Sequence record: LC727695.1
Direction: 5' to 3' (one strand)
DNA: 64,000 bases
Below, in pieces: positions 35,406 to 45,194 of the stretch. Below the pieces are notes generated by a model. The model saw only the letters and a list, made by a program, of their open reading frames with translations. It had not been told where the DNA came from and did no database searches. How positions within the stretch are numbered: position 1 is the stretch's first letter; the number at the start of each line of letters is the position of its first letter. A program made the position numbers and the translations under genes.

Positions 35406-37694
35406 ATGTTAAAAACTATCATTAAACTAGACGGTACTGAAGAAGCATACTCACCTGCTAAGATTAATGGTTGGGGTGAATGGGCAGCCCAACATCTTGG
35501 CGATAAGGTGGATTGGAGTAGTGTTGTGATGGATGCTGTTCAAGCTCTTGGTGATAAAACTTCATCACAAGAACTACAATTACAACTTATTGAAGAATGT
35601 TTAAATCGTAAGACATGGTCTTATTATCTAATGGCTGGTAGACTATATGCGATTTATCTTCGTAAGAAGTTCTATGGTCTAAATGGCATCCCAACTGTTA
35701 AAGCGCTTCAAACCAGGATGCGTAAAGATGGTATCATTGTTAAATTAGATTATAGTAGTAAAGAATACGCTCAGATTGAAAAGATCATTGATCACGATCT
35801 TGACCTACTTTGTCCACATTTTTCACTTCATCACATTCGTGGAAAGTATGCTCTACGTAATCGTAAAACTGGTCAAGAATATGAGACTGCCCAGTTTGTA
35901 TATATGCGAATGGCAATGGCTCTAGCTGAAAAAGAGCCAGCTGAAACTCGCATGACTCATGTGGAGAATTACTATAAACTACTTTCTAATAAAATTCTTA
36001 GTGCGCCAACACCTAACTACGTTAACCTAGGTACTAAGCTTCGTGGTTTTGCATCATGTTGCCTATTTGCTTCTGGTGATAATGGTGTATCACTGGCAAT
36101 GGGCGATTATATTGCTAACATCATGACCCAATCATCAGCAGGCATTGGTGTTAACTTAATGACTAGGTCAATTGGTGATCCTATCCGTAATGGCCTAATC
36201 ATTCACCAAGGTAAGAAACCATACATCGATGTAATTGGTAAAGCAGTAAGGGCTAACCTACAAAATGGTCGAGGTGGTGCTGTTACGTGTTACTACAGTG
36301 CTTTCGATCCTGAAGCAGATATGATTACTCAGCTACGTAATCCACGTTCTACTGAGGATAGGAAGAACCGTGATCTTCACTATGCATTCCTAAGTAATAA
36401 GTTCTTTGCTAAGAAAGCGGCTCAGAAAGATGGCATGATCTTTGTATTCAATCCATTTACTGCTCCAGATCTACATGATGCTTTCTATAGTGGTGATATT
36501 GATAAGTTTATTAAGCTTTATGAAAAATATGAAGCGGATCCTAAATTTGAGAAAACTTATGTAAATGCTCGGGATCTTCTCAAATCAATGCTAGTTGAAG
36601 CATATGAGACTGGAACCATCTATTCAGCTCAAATTGATGAACTCAATCATCATACACCATTTAAAGAACCTATTTACAGTTCTAACCTATGCCTTGAAAT
36701 CGCAGAACCCACTAAGCCTTACTATCGAATGGAAGATCTTTATTCTAGTGAGGATCACGGGCGCGGTGAGATTGCTACTTGTTCACTGGCTGCTATTGCA
36801 GTGGATAACGTTCCTGATAAGCAAACTTATGAAATGGCGGCTTACTACGCACTTAAGATGATTGACTATTGTATCCTTAATGCAGAGTATGCTTTCCCAC
36901 ACCTTGCACTAACCGCTAAGAATCGAATGAGTGCTGGTGTTGGTATCATGGGTCTAGCCACACATATGGCACGTGCTGGCCTTAAATATAGCAGCGATGC
37001 TGGTAAAGCTGAAATCCACTTCATTGCTGAACGGCATATGTACTTCCTTATCAAGGCGTCACTTAAGATTTCTAAAGAACGCGGGAATGCGCCTTGGATT
37101 CATAAGACTAAATGGCCAGAGGGATGGACTCCACGTAAGACTTATAATAAGTCAGTGGATACTATCATTGAAGGTGGCTTTGAAGAACTTTATCCATGGG
37201 ATGAGCTAGAGAAAGAAATTAAGGAGAATGGTGGTATTGCACACTCCGTACTAGCTGCATACATGCCTGGTGAAGCATCATCTAAGGCACTAGGGTCAAC
37301 TAATGGTCCATACCCGGTACGTCGTCTAATTCTTAATAAGACTGATAATGGTGCACGTGTGCTATGGGCTGCTCCATATGGAGATGATGACTCCTATGTG
37401 TATGAATCAGCTTATGATATCCCCACTAAAGATCTTATTGATTGCTATGCCATTATTCAAAAGTGGACTGATCAAACAATCAGTGCGGACCTCTACCGAC
37501 GCATTGTAGGTTCTGAAAAGATCTCTTCTAATGAAATGCTAGGTAATCACTTCTACATGGTGAAACGTGGAATGAAAACCCGGTATTATGTAAATCTAGA
37601 AACAGCAGCAGGACTTGATATTAAATCACTTGAACGTGCTGTTGAGGTAACTAATACTGAAGTTGGGTGTGCAGGCGGTTCGTGCACTCTTTAA
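35406..37694 (+). CDS. nrdA: ribonucleotide reductase class Ia, alpha subunit
   Basis: APTPNY, ASCC, SNLCLEI, GVGIMGLA, PGEASS, C-terminal CAGGSC; start moved from 35355 to MLKTII. Confidence 0.96.
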   Translation: MLKTIIKLDGTEEAYSPAKINGWGEWAAQHLGDKVDWSSVVMDAVQALGDKTSSQELQLQLIEECLNRKTWSYYLMAGRLYAIYLRKKFYGLNGIPTVKALQTRMRKDGIIVKLDYSSKEYAQIEKIIDHDLDLLCPHFSLHHIRGKYALRNRKTGQEYETAQFVYMRMAMALAEKEPAETRMTHVENYYKLLSNKILSAPTPNYVNLGTKLRGFASCCLFASGDNGVSLAMGDYIANIMTQSSAGIGVNLMTRSIGDPIRNGLIIHQGKKPYIDVIGKAVRANLQNGRGGAVTCYYSAFDPEADMITQLRNPRSTEDRKNRDLHYAFLSNKFFAKKAAQKDGMIFVFNPFTAPDLHDAFYSGDIDKFIKLYEKYEADPKFEKTYVNARDLLKSMLVEAYETGTIYSAQIDELNHHTPFKEPIYSSNLCLEIAEPTKPYYRMEDLYSSEDHGRGEIATCSLAAIAVDNVPDKQTYEMAAYYALKMIDYCILNAEYAFPHLALTAKNRMSAGVGIMGLATHMARAGLKYSSDAGKAEIHFIAERHMYFLIKASLKISKERGNAPWIHKTKWPEGWTPRKTYNKSVDTIIEGGFEELYPWDELEKEIKENGGIAHSVLAAYMPGEASSKALGSTNGPYPVRRLILNKTDNGARVLWAAPYGDDDSYVYESAYDIPTKDLIDCYAIIQKWTDQTISADLYRRIVGSEKISSNEMLGNHFYMVKRGMKTRYYVNLETAAGLDIKSLERAVEVTNTEVGCAGGSCTL

Positions 37695-37700
37695 GTGTAT

Positions 37701-37726
37701 ACACCCTCCCTTAATTGGGAGGGTGT
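37701..37726 (+). terminator. hairpin between nrdA and nrdB
   Basis: ACACCCTCCC-TTAATT-GGGAGGGTGT; core repeated at 39377-39398. Confidence 0.8.
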
Positions 37727-37794
37727 TATTCCCAATTTATACTAACCTCTATTATTTATTGTAAGAAATATTTTTAAATTGTAAAGGAACTGAT

Positions 37795-38958
37795 ATGTCT
37801 ACTAAATCTCAACTACCAAAGAAAATCTTCAATGTTGCTAAGAGTGATTATCATCTACCGGAAATTATTCTTGGAGATGATCCAGGTCTACTAGATTCAA
37901 TCCACACTCATTATCCTAAAATGTGGGAGCTATATAAGCGTCTAAAGATGCTTGATTGGGATGAGCTAGAATTTGACTTTTCCACTTGTCTAGTAGAATT
38001 TGAAACGTGTGATAAATCAACTTATGACATGATGATTAAGACACTGGCCTGGCAATGGGAAGCTGACTCTGTAGCCAGTCGTTCCATTGTTAATATTCTA
38101 TCACCTGTCATGACAGATTCACGAGTATGGGCGGGATATGTACGTATTAATGATAATGAAGACGTACATGCTTTAACTTATTCTGAAATTGTACGTAATA
38201 GCTTTAAAGATCCTAAAGTTATTCTAGACGAAATTCTTAGGGTAGAAGAAGCACAAGAACGAATGGTTGCAGTAGCCCGCACTATGGGTGAAGCACATGA
38301 CGCAGTTCATGCGTATGCTCTTAATCAGGTACCCAATGATCAAGAACTTTACAATAAAGTATTCATGTTCTTCATCGCTCTATATTTCCTAGAACGTATC
38401 CAGTTCATGGCATCCTTTGCAGTAACCTTTGCTATTGGTCGTACTGGTGCATTCCAGCAAATTGCAGCCGCTGTTAAGAAAATTGCCCAAGACGAATTCG
38501 AAATCCATGCACAATATGGACAAGAAGTTATTCGTGCACTACTGGCAACTGAACGCGGTAAACTCGCTTACAGTCAATGTAAAGATAAAATCATTGAACT
38601 ACTATGGGAAATTGTAAAGACTGAAGTTACCTGGATTAATTATCTATTCTCTGAAGGTCGTGAACTAACTGGTGTTAATGCGACTAAACTTATTAACTGG
38701 GTACTTTTCAATGCTAATGCCGCAGCAACATTCCTAAGTATTGAAAATGATGTTGTAGAACAGTATCAAGTGGAGTTTAAAGAATCAGCTGGATTTGATT
38801 TTGTTTGGCCAGAGAAGAACCCACTTCTTTATATGGAAGACTACCTAGATATTTCATCAACCCAAGCATCTCCTCAGGAAGAAGAGAAGCCTGATTACAT
38901 GGTCAACGTTGTAAATGATGTTGGTGAAGAAGAAGAATTTGAGGTTGACTTCTTATGA
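37795..38958 (+). CDS. nrdB: ribonucleotide reductase class Ia, beta subunit
   Basis: di-iron ligands EADS, NEDVH, LERIQF, DEFEIH; radical Tyr in HALTY. Confidence 0.96.
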   Translation: MSTKSQLPKKIFNVAKSDYHLPEIILGDDPGLLDSIHTHYPKMWELYKRLKMLDWDELEFDFSTCLVEFETCDKSTYDMMIKTLAWQWEADSVASRSIVNILSPVMTDSRVWAGYVRINDNEDVHALTYSEIVRNSFKDPKVILDEILRVEEAQERMVAVARTMGEAHDAVHAYALNQVPNDQELYNKVFMFFIALYFLERIQFMASFAVTFAIGRTGAFQQIAAAVKKIAQDEFEIHAQYGQEVIRALLATERGKLAYSQCKDKIIELLWEIVKTEVTWINYLFSEGRELTGVNATKLINWVLFNANAAATFLSIENDVVEQYQVEFKESAGFDFVWPEKNPLLYMEDYLDISSTQASPQEEEKPDYMVNVVNDVGEEEEFEVDFL

Positions 38959-39368
38959 TTAAGATTATCGCATTCGTAGTTTTAATGTGGTCCACTGTCC
39001 TATTTGCAGCAACTGAAGTAAAATCAACTACAGATGGTATTATTGCACATTCAGAATGTCAGCTAGTTGCTAAAGATAGTAGTGTTGTCGGCACTACTGT
39101 TGGAGGTGCGGTTGGAGCCACCGCAGGCGCTGTATTAGGTCGAGCAATCTTTGGTAAATCTGGAGGTTGGGTAGGTGGTTTAATCGGTGGTGCCGCAGGC
39201 GGCGCAGTCGGTAATAATGTTAGTGCTACTGAAACATTTCAATGTAAACTGATTGTTAATACAGATGGCAAGCAGTACATGGTTCAAACAGTTACCAATG
39301 AAAAACCAAAGGTTGGTGATAAAGTCACTGTTGTTGAAATGAATGATGGTACACGAGATATAATGTAG
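38955..39368 (+). CDS. glycine-zipper (SlyB/YcfJ-like) exported membrane protein
   Basis: signal peptide; GTTVGGAVGATAGAVLG...GGLIGGAAGGAVG. Confidence 0.8.
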   Translation: MIKIIAFVVLMWSTVLFAATEVKSTTDGIIAHSECQLVAKDSSVVGTTVGGAVGATAGAVLGRAIFGKSGGWVGGLIGGAAGGAVGNNVSATETFQCKLIVNTDGKQYMVQTVTNEKPKVGDKVTVVEMNDGTRDIM

Positions 39369-39453
39369 ACATAATGACCCTCCCTTAATTGGGAGGGTTT
39401 ATGCTAACAATTCTATAGCACTCTTATTAACAGTCATCAACGAGAGAGTAGAC

Positions 39454-41394
39454 ATGAATAAAATGCTAAACTTCCTAAACCGTACGCTATATAGCGGTAC
39501 TGAAAAAGTATCTTCAAAAGCTACACCAAGTCTAGAACACTTTAAAACAAATGTTGAACAAGTAGATAAAAAGATTCTACAACCCTTTAGTACTAAATTT
39601 AAAACCATTCTAAAAGAATGTTACAGTAATGAGGAGTGGGTTGAAGAACAATCATTTATTGAAGAACCTATTGATCTTGGTTCAGCTGCACGCGGTCTTA
39701 CCGAGCGCGGTATTATGCGTGGTGATTGGGGACGCTTAGCGCATTCCACTATTAAAGAAGCAGAAGGTATGATGCGTACTTATAGTGGTCGTCTAAATGA
39801 AGATATGGAGGCATCTGAAATTAATGAAGTAATTCAAGATATGCCTTATAACTTCACAGCTGGCTCAGCTAATACTAGCCGTTTAGAAGAAGATGACTCT
39901 ATTTTTGTTGAAGCAGATACAACTGTAGTTGAACCTCTGTCTAAGCAGACTCTGCCAAAAGTAGCAGAGCTTACTAATCAATTAGTGGAAGTCTATAACC
40001 GAATTACTGAAGAATTTACAGAAACTGGTATTGCTAAAGTTGAACAAGTTGAACAGCCAGCAGTTCTTTTAGCACTTGGTGAGATCATTAGTAGTTTTAA
40101 TAAACTAATTGATTTATCTTGCGGTGCTCTACCAGTGGAAGAAACTGTTATTGTAGAGGAGGATCCGTTACCTGCCATTGTTACTGGTCCAACTACTGAA
40201 CCCATTGATGGTGAAATTCTACCGGTTGATGCTATTAATAATTCTGCGGCATTAGAAGAATTCATTGAAGAAGTATTAAGTACTAATCCAGAATTCATTA
40301 AATATCAAAGTATGAATGATAGTAATATTGATTCATATCTAACTGGGGATGACTGGATTATACTGAAATTCAAAGATGGTTCTTATTATTTATACAATGC
40401 CCAAAGTGCCGGTGAAACGAATATAGAAATCATGAAAGATATGGCCGAAACTGGTAGTGGTCTTAATGGTTTTATAAATCGGGTTATTCGTGGCGGGTAT
40501 GTAGAGAAGTCCATCATTAATACTCCCGGTTTTATACAAGTCTCAAATGAAGGTCTTATCGATTCAATCAAAAAAGTTCTTGGCATTTCTAATCGAGGTG
40601 ATCAGAAACGTATCTGGCGTTCATCGTCCAGTGCAAGAGGATTTCTGGAACAACTAGAATCTACATTTGGCAATCCACAATGGCTTAATAAGCAGGTATT
40701 CGTTACTGGCGATATCAATAGTAATGGTATAGCTAACGTACTGAGTATTAATGGTAAAGTCAGTATCGAGGATGCCATTCGTGCAGTAGAACCATTCTTC
40801 AAACTCGAAGAAAAGTCTAATCGCGAAATGGAGTCTTACAGGCAGAAGACTAAACCTGCATTGGATCTACTCATTAAGAATGCACATAACCTAGACGCTA
40901 ACGTATACAAAGAAGCAAAGGCTATCGTAGACAAGGCACGTGCTGGATTCAAGACTAGTGTTAAATGGCCTGCCGGTACTATTACAGGTAAGGGTACCTA
41001 TAATTCACCTCGCACCGTGGTCGCGAAATATCCATCTACTGATAGTAAACTCAAAGCTCTTACTGAAGAAGAAGCAGCTAAGGCCATGAACTTAATTATA
41101 TCGGCATTGGAACGTCAGATAACTCTTAGCTTCAAGTTCCCTGATTTACCAGATCCACTGGAAGGACTAATCTACGATATGTTGGATAACCCTAGTCCAA
41201 TAGCTGGTATCGATTACTATGATTGGAATGATTTGTTATTCGCATGCTTTGGCCCTGGGATTGATGATGATGTGATGGAAGTTAATAAAATGCGGCAATA
41301 CCACTCATTCATTGATATCATGGAGGCCGCCGCAAAATGGGTAGATCGGTCTATAAAAGGTAGGTTAGCAATGGGTAATGAAAACTACCAGTAA
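39454..41394 (+). CDS. internal head/ejection protein (gp303-like)
   Basis: 646 aa; S/A/G-X-E prohead protease sites (ALE, SNE-GLIDSIKKVLG, C-terminal GNE); gene order. Confidence 0.7.
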   Translation: MNKMLNFLNRTLYSGTEKVSSKATPSLEHFKTNVEQVDKKILQPFSTKFKTILKECYSNEEWVEEQSFIEEPIDLGSAARGLTERGIMRGDWGRLAHSTIKEAEGMMRTYSGRLNEDMEASEINEVIQDMPYNFTAGSANTSRLEEDDSIFVEADTTVVEPLSKQTLPKVAELTNQLVEVYNRITEEFTETGIAKVEQVEQPAVLLALGEIISSFNKLIDLSCGALPVEETVIVEEDPLPAIVTGPTTEPIDGEILPVDAINNSAALEEFIEEVLSTNPEFIKYQSMNDSNIDSYLTGDDWIILKFKDGSYYLYNAQSAGETNIEIMKDMAETGSGLNGFINRVIRGGYVEKSIINTPGFIQVSNEGLIDSIKKVLGISNRGDQKRIWRSSSSARGFLEQLESTFGNPQWLNKQVFVTGDINSNGIANVLSINGKVSIEDAIRAVEPFFKLEEKSNREMESYRQKTKPALDLLIKNAHNLDANVYKEAKAIVDKARAGFKTSVKWPAGTITGKGTYNSPRTVVAKYPSTDSKLKALTEEEAAKAMNLIISALERQITLSFKFPDLPDPLEGLIYDMLDNPSPIAGIDYYDWNDLLFACFGPGIDDDVMEVNKMRQYHSFIDIMEAAAKWVDRSIKGRLAMGNENYQ

Positions 41395-41407
41395 TGTATC
41401 TAATATT

Positions 41408-41545
41408 ATGTAGAAATAATCCCTCCCCCTTGTTTCTACATTAGTCATAATAGATCGGAGCCAGTCCCCCTTCCAACTGGCTCCCAGAGAGTAAAACTCT
41501 TTGCTGGGCATTAATGACGATATATCGCCTCCCTTCGGGGAGGCT
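41408..41545 (+). ncRNA. candidate sRNA with C-rich anti-SD loops
   Basis: TATG start motif, two 9-bp hairpins with CCCTCCCCC / CCCCCTTCC loops, closing terminator 41527-41544. Confidence 0.55.
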
Positions 41546-41607
41546 TTATATTTTGTTTTTACGTATGTATATTAAAATATGTATAAACAACATAGAGTAA
41601 TTATAAA

Positions 41608-42060
41608 ATGATCAAAAATGAACTTTTACCAGGGCTAATCTATGCCCAAAAAGAATTTGATAAAATTGCAGCTAATGTAAAAGACTATGATAAGTATAAA
41701 AGACGCGAAGCTGGTAGGGCAAGTGCCGTTTTAAGAAGTCTAGTGAGCAATATTGTAAATCAGAATAAACCATCCTCACTTGAACATGAAGGCAAAGTTA
41801 GTACTACTAATACTAATGAATATTTAGAAGAAGTTAATAATTACTTCTTTAACATTAATAATATTAAATTAATTTCTCCTAAACTCATAAAAGAGAAATT
41901 AACAATTGATCTAATGAATATTTATGTTAAATGGAATATGATTGGAGTGGCTGGCCGAAATGATGTTCCAATTATTGAACACAGAATTAATGATTGGTGC
42001 GAAGTGACCGATGTCTACATTAATGGTAATAAGATAACTTCTTTACAATGGCCACGTTGA
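41608..42060 (+). CDS. hypothetical protein
   Basis: 150 aa ORF. Confidence 0.7.
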   Translation: MIKNELLPGLIYAQKEFDKIAANVKDYDKYKRREAGRASAVLRSLVSNIVNQNKPSSLEHEGKVSTTNTNEYLEEVNNYFFNINNIKLISPKLIKEKLTIDLMNIYVKWNMIGVAGRNDVPIIEHRINDWCEVTDVYINGNKITSLQWPR

Positions 42061-42118
42061 ATTTAAAATAAGTTGTAATAAAATACCTAGCATTACATGT
42101 TATGTATTGAAGCACAAT

Positions 42119-42203
42119 GCCCGAATGGTGAAATTGGTAAACACAGAAGACTTAAAATCTTCCGGCTACGGTCTTGTCGGTTCGAATCCGACTTCGGGCA
42201 CCA
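42119..42203 (+). tRNA. tRNA-Leu(UAA)
   Basis: cloverleaf GCCCGAA/TTCGGGC, anticodon TAA, long variable arm, CCA encoded. Confidence 0.97.
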
Positions 42204-42212
42204 ATTTAAATA

Positions 42213-42288
42213 CGGAGTGTAGCGCAGTTGGTAGCGCGCCTGCTTTGGGAGCAGGATGTCGGGAGTTCGAGTCTCCCCACTCCGACCA
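42213..42288 (+). tRNA. tRNA-Pro(UGG)
   Basis: CGGAGTG/CACTCCG, CCTGC-TTTGGGA-GCAGG, CCA. Confidence 0.97.
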
Positions 42289-42309
42289 TTTTAATAATAG
42301 GTAAATAGG

Positions 42310-42603
42310 ATGGATAATAAATGGATATCATGGGAACATCAAATTATAGGAACAGCTCTTTACGCTATTCTTAGTGACCCTGAATTAACTAATATTCAAT
42401 TAGCTCAAGGCTTACACTATCTAACAGAAGCAAAGTCTTCTGTATTACATGTTTGTAATAACCATATTACATTCACTGTAACCTATCCACATGGCACATT
42501 TAGAACCAATGTAATTAGAGAGTGCCCTGCTAGTGATACAAATACATTCAAATGGTCAGGTGTATTAGTCCGTCAAAAAGATGGAACATTCTTACCAGAA
42601 TAA
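42310..42603 (+). CDS. hypothetical protein
   Basis: 97 aa inside the tRNA cluster. Confidence 0.7.
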   Translation: MDNKWISWEHQIIGTALYAILSDPELTNIQLAQGLHYLTEAKSSVLHVCNNHITFTVTYPHGTFRTNVIRECPASDTNTFKWSGVLVRQKDGTFLPE

Positions 42604-42610
42604 ATAAAAA

Positions 42611-42687
42611 GGGCCTATAGCTCAGTTGGTTAGAGCAGGCGACTCATAATCGCTTGGTCGCAGGTTCAAGTCCTGCTGGGCCCACCA
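42611..42687 (+). tRNA. tRNA(CAU), most likely Ile2 (lysidine-modified) rather than Met
   Basis: AGGCGACTCATAATCGCTTGGTCG arm matches remembered enterobacterial ileX. Confidence 0.85.
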
Positions 42688-42739
42688 TATACTAGCCTCC
42701 CACTTGGGGGAGGTTTTATACTGTCTCATTGAGGAAAAC

Positions 42740-42961
42740 ATGAATACAGTAATAATGTTGGTATTATCTATCAAAGTTGGATTATTTGGTTTCATTTCGA
42801 CTAATGAAAGTAATATCCTATTTGAAAATAGGGAACAGTGTATTTCTCATCTGGATATTCTGGAACATAAATACAAGTCTCTTGAAGTTATTCGAAATGA
42901 GAATACTCTAAAGATAACCGAAAGAGATAACCATTCTATTTATATTTTTAAATGTCTCTAG
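42740..42961 (+). CDS. small protein with N-terminal hydrophobic helix
   Basis: ATG after GAGGA (track opens at 42704). Confidence 0.65.
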   Translation: MNTVIMLVLSIKVGLFGFISTNESNILFENREQCISHLDILEHKYKSLEVIRNENTLKITERDNHSIYIFKCL

Positions 42962-42969
42962 GAAAATAC

Positions 42970-43257
42970 ATGGAACATCAAGAACAAAAAGAACTATTGA
43001 GACAACCATTACAAACACTTTATAATCTTACTTTTAGTCCCCGTTTACGTAATGGAGCGAAGGCTCCCGATTGGATTCACCTGACCGATGAAGTAACCCT
43101 ATTCCCAAACGGATTAGATATTACAATCAACGCTGTTACACGTTGCATCAAATGGGAACTTATCGGCGAGGATGTAAGTAACATTACTTATGTTGAAGCT
43201 ATGTTCTTTAATAAAGGTCTTAAAGCAGTTAAAGCCTATCTCAAACATACGGAGTAA
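42970..43257 (+). CDS. hypothetical protein
   Basis: start MEHQE after AGGA (track opens at 42952). Confidence 0.65.
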   Translation: MEHQEQKELLRQPLQTLYNLTFSPRLRNGAKAPDWIHLTDEVTLFPNGLDITINAVTRCIKWELIGEDVSNITYVEAMFFNKGLKAVKAYLKHTE

Positions 43258-43259
43258 AT

Positions 43260-43607
43260 ATGGATCATCTAACCCCAACGCAGAGCGCTGTATATTTCAC
43301 ATTTATTAGCCCTGAGTTTATAAAGCTAACTCTTGTTGAATCTTTTGTAGCGATCCACAAGAAACATCCAGAAGTAAAGCATTGCGTTAAGAAAAAGATT
43401 AGTGCTAATGAAACGCAGTTTATCTTTATCTTCAAAGATGGGACTGATAATTTAATCATTACACGTAAAACTGAACCTTGCCCTGAACTGGATAGCCCAG
43501 TAGGCGATAGTATTAAGTTGTCCGGCGAAGAACTTAAAAATATTCTTGCTAAGTACGATCGTCCCAAGGATGGTAACTATTTCAAGCACTGGACTGATCG
43601 CCCGTAA
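43260..43607 (+). CDS. hypothetical protein
   Basis: 115 aa, GGAG RBS. Confidence 0.7.
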   Translation: MDHLTPTQSAVYFTFISPEFIKLTLVESFVAIHKKHPEVKHCVKKKISANETQFIFIFKDGTDNLIITRKTEPCPELDSPVGDSIKLSGEELKNILAKYDRPKDGNYFKHWTDRP

Positions 43608-43659
43608 TAAAATATTACTGGTTATGTAATACTATGTAGGAAGTCATGTCCATACGTTT

Positions 43660-43736
43660 GCGCTCATAGTTCAGTTGGTTAGAATACCCGCCTGTCACGC
43701 GGGTGGTCAGGGGTTCGAGTCCCCTTGGGCGCGCCA
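43660..43736 (+). tRNA. tRNA-Asp(GUC)
   Basis: GCGCTCA/TGGGCGC, anticodon loop CTGTCAC, CCA. Confidence 0.97.
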
Positions 43737-43742
43737 TTTAAT

Positions 43743-43818
<76 letters not shown>

Positions 43819-43824
43819 TATTCT

Positions 43825-43848
43825 AAAGAGTAGCTTCGGCTACTCTTT
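43825..43848 (+). terminator. terminator after tRNA-Asn
   Basis: AAAGAGTAGC-TTCG-GCTACTCTTT. Confidence 0.9.
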
Positions 43849-43902
43849 TATGTTGCCATGGGTTATCTTATGAATTAAAATGATTTACTTGAGAGCACAC
43901 TC

Positions 43903-44910
43903 ATGTTTGAATTACTATTATCGCCAGATATAGGCGAAGAGTTACCCTTGGTTGGATTTAATGAAATTATTAAATTAGGTGATCTACCTGTAGCGTTAGC
44001 TGGTACAATGTCATATGTGGATGGAAATACACTGTATGTTGGATCTGGTCATCATACTGAAGGACAAACAGCTGCAACTGTGTTCAGACGTTTTACCATA
44101 TCGCCATTTGCCGATATAGGTGCAACTGCTTCTGGAACATTCTTACCAGGGGTATCTTTAGGATTTGGGACATTACATAAGAATAACTTTATTGTTTATG
44201 GCGGTATTACTGGATGGAACTCGGCTGGTAATGGTGGTACGGGAACATCTAACTTTATACAACATTTTGATATAGCTACAGGCAATAGGGTTGAGCGATA
44301 TAGTGGTCCCGTACCACTTTGGGGCACAGCCTCCGCATCAGATGGTAATGATCTTATTCTATGCGTTAACCCAATTGGCGTAAACGCAATGCGATTAAAA
44401 CCATCAAGTAAGTCTTGGCTTAGCGGGCAAGACTATTCAGGTGGTGCTCGTTCAGGTCAACAGTTATTCTTTTATAATGGTTACTTTTACCATTTTGGTG
44501 GTTGGGATAATACAAAGAACATACCTAATCTTGAAGTTTATCGATATAATGCAACTACCTTAATATGGGAGCAAACACCTTGGATGATTATACCTGCTGA
44601 TAAAGGAACAATCTGGCAAGGTAATGGTTATGTAGATGGGGACTATTTTAATTACCTTAACGCTGTTGATGTCGGCGGTGTAACTAAAATGTTTGCACAA
44701 CGTTTTAATATTAGGCGCCGGAAATGGGCTGAACCATTTGAACTAGGTATCGGATTCCTTAATATTTCATCTATAGCTAAAGGTCCGGATAATAGCATGA
44801 TCATTGTAGGTGGATCTAAAATGCCAGTTGGTGGTGGAGCATATATGTTGAAAAGCCAATTGTTATCAGGTATCTATCAGGTAAAACTAGCACCATTAAT
44901 CATTGATTAA
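43903..44910 (+). CDS. Kelch/galactose-oxidase-type beta-propeller protein
   Basis: repeated LYVGSG, FIVYGGI, FYHFGGW, MIIVGG blades followed by Y/W. Confidence 0.8.
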   Translation: MFELLLSPDIGEELPLVGFNEIIKLGDLPVALAGTMSYVDGNTLYVGSGHHTEGQTAATVFRRFTISPFADIGATASGTFLPGVSLGFGTLHKNNFIVYGGITGWNSAGNGGTGTSNFIQHFDIATGNRVERYSGPVPLWGTASASDGNDLILCVNPIGVNAMRLKPSSKSWLSGQDYSGGARSGQQLFFYNGYFYHFGGWDNTKNIPNLEVYRYNATTLIWEQTPWMIIPADKGTIWQGNGYVDGDYFNYLNAVDVGGVTKMFAQRFNIRRRKWAEPFELGIGFLNISSIAKGPDNSMIIVGGSKMPVGGGAYMLKSQLLSGIYQVKLAPLIID

Positions 44911-44959
44911 AATAATAATATTTATAACTATTTAGATAATTATACTGGCACGATGATAT

Positions 44960-45170
44960 TATGTAAGAGTACTATAATAAAGTATTCTTAAATCTATCCA
45001 CTAAACACACTCGGTGGTAGAACTTATTATAGAGTGTGTCTAAATGCCAGGGGTTTGCCACCCCTGGTTATATTCATTGTTACTATTATAAATTCATTTA
45101 TAGATGAGAAAAGGTTTTATCACCTTTTCAAAATCGGCATTTAATTCCAGTTAAAAAACTGAATCTATGC
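44960..45170 (+). ncRNA. candidate structured RNA/leader
   Basis: TATG followed by five hairpins of 7-10 bp. Confidence 0.4.
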
Positions 45171-45194
45171 TACATTGTAATAAAGGAGTCTATT

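Noticed and set aside
42107-42304. 65-aa ORF
   Set aside because: Reads straight through tRNA-Leu and tRNA-Pro.
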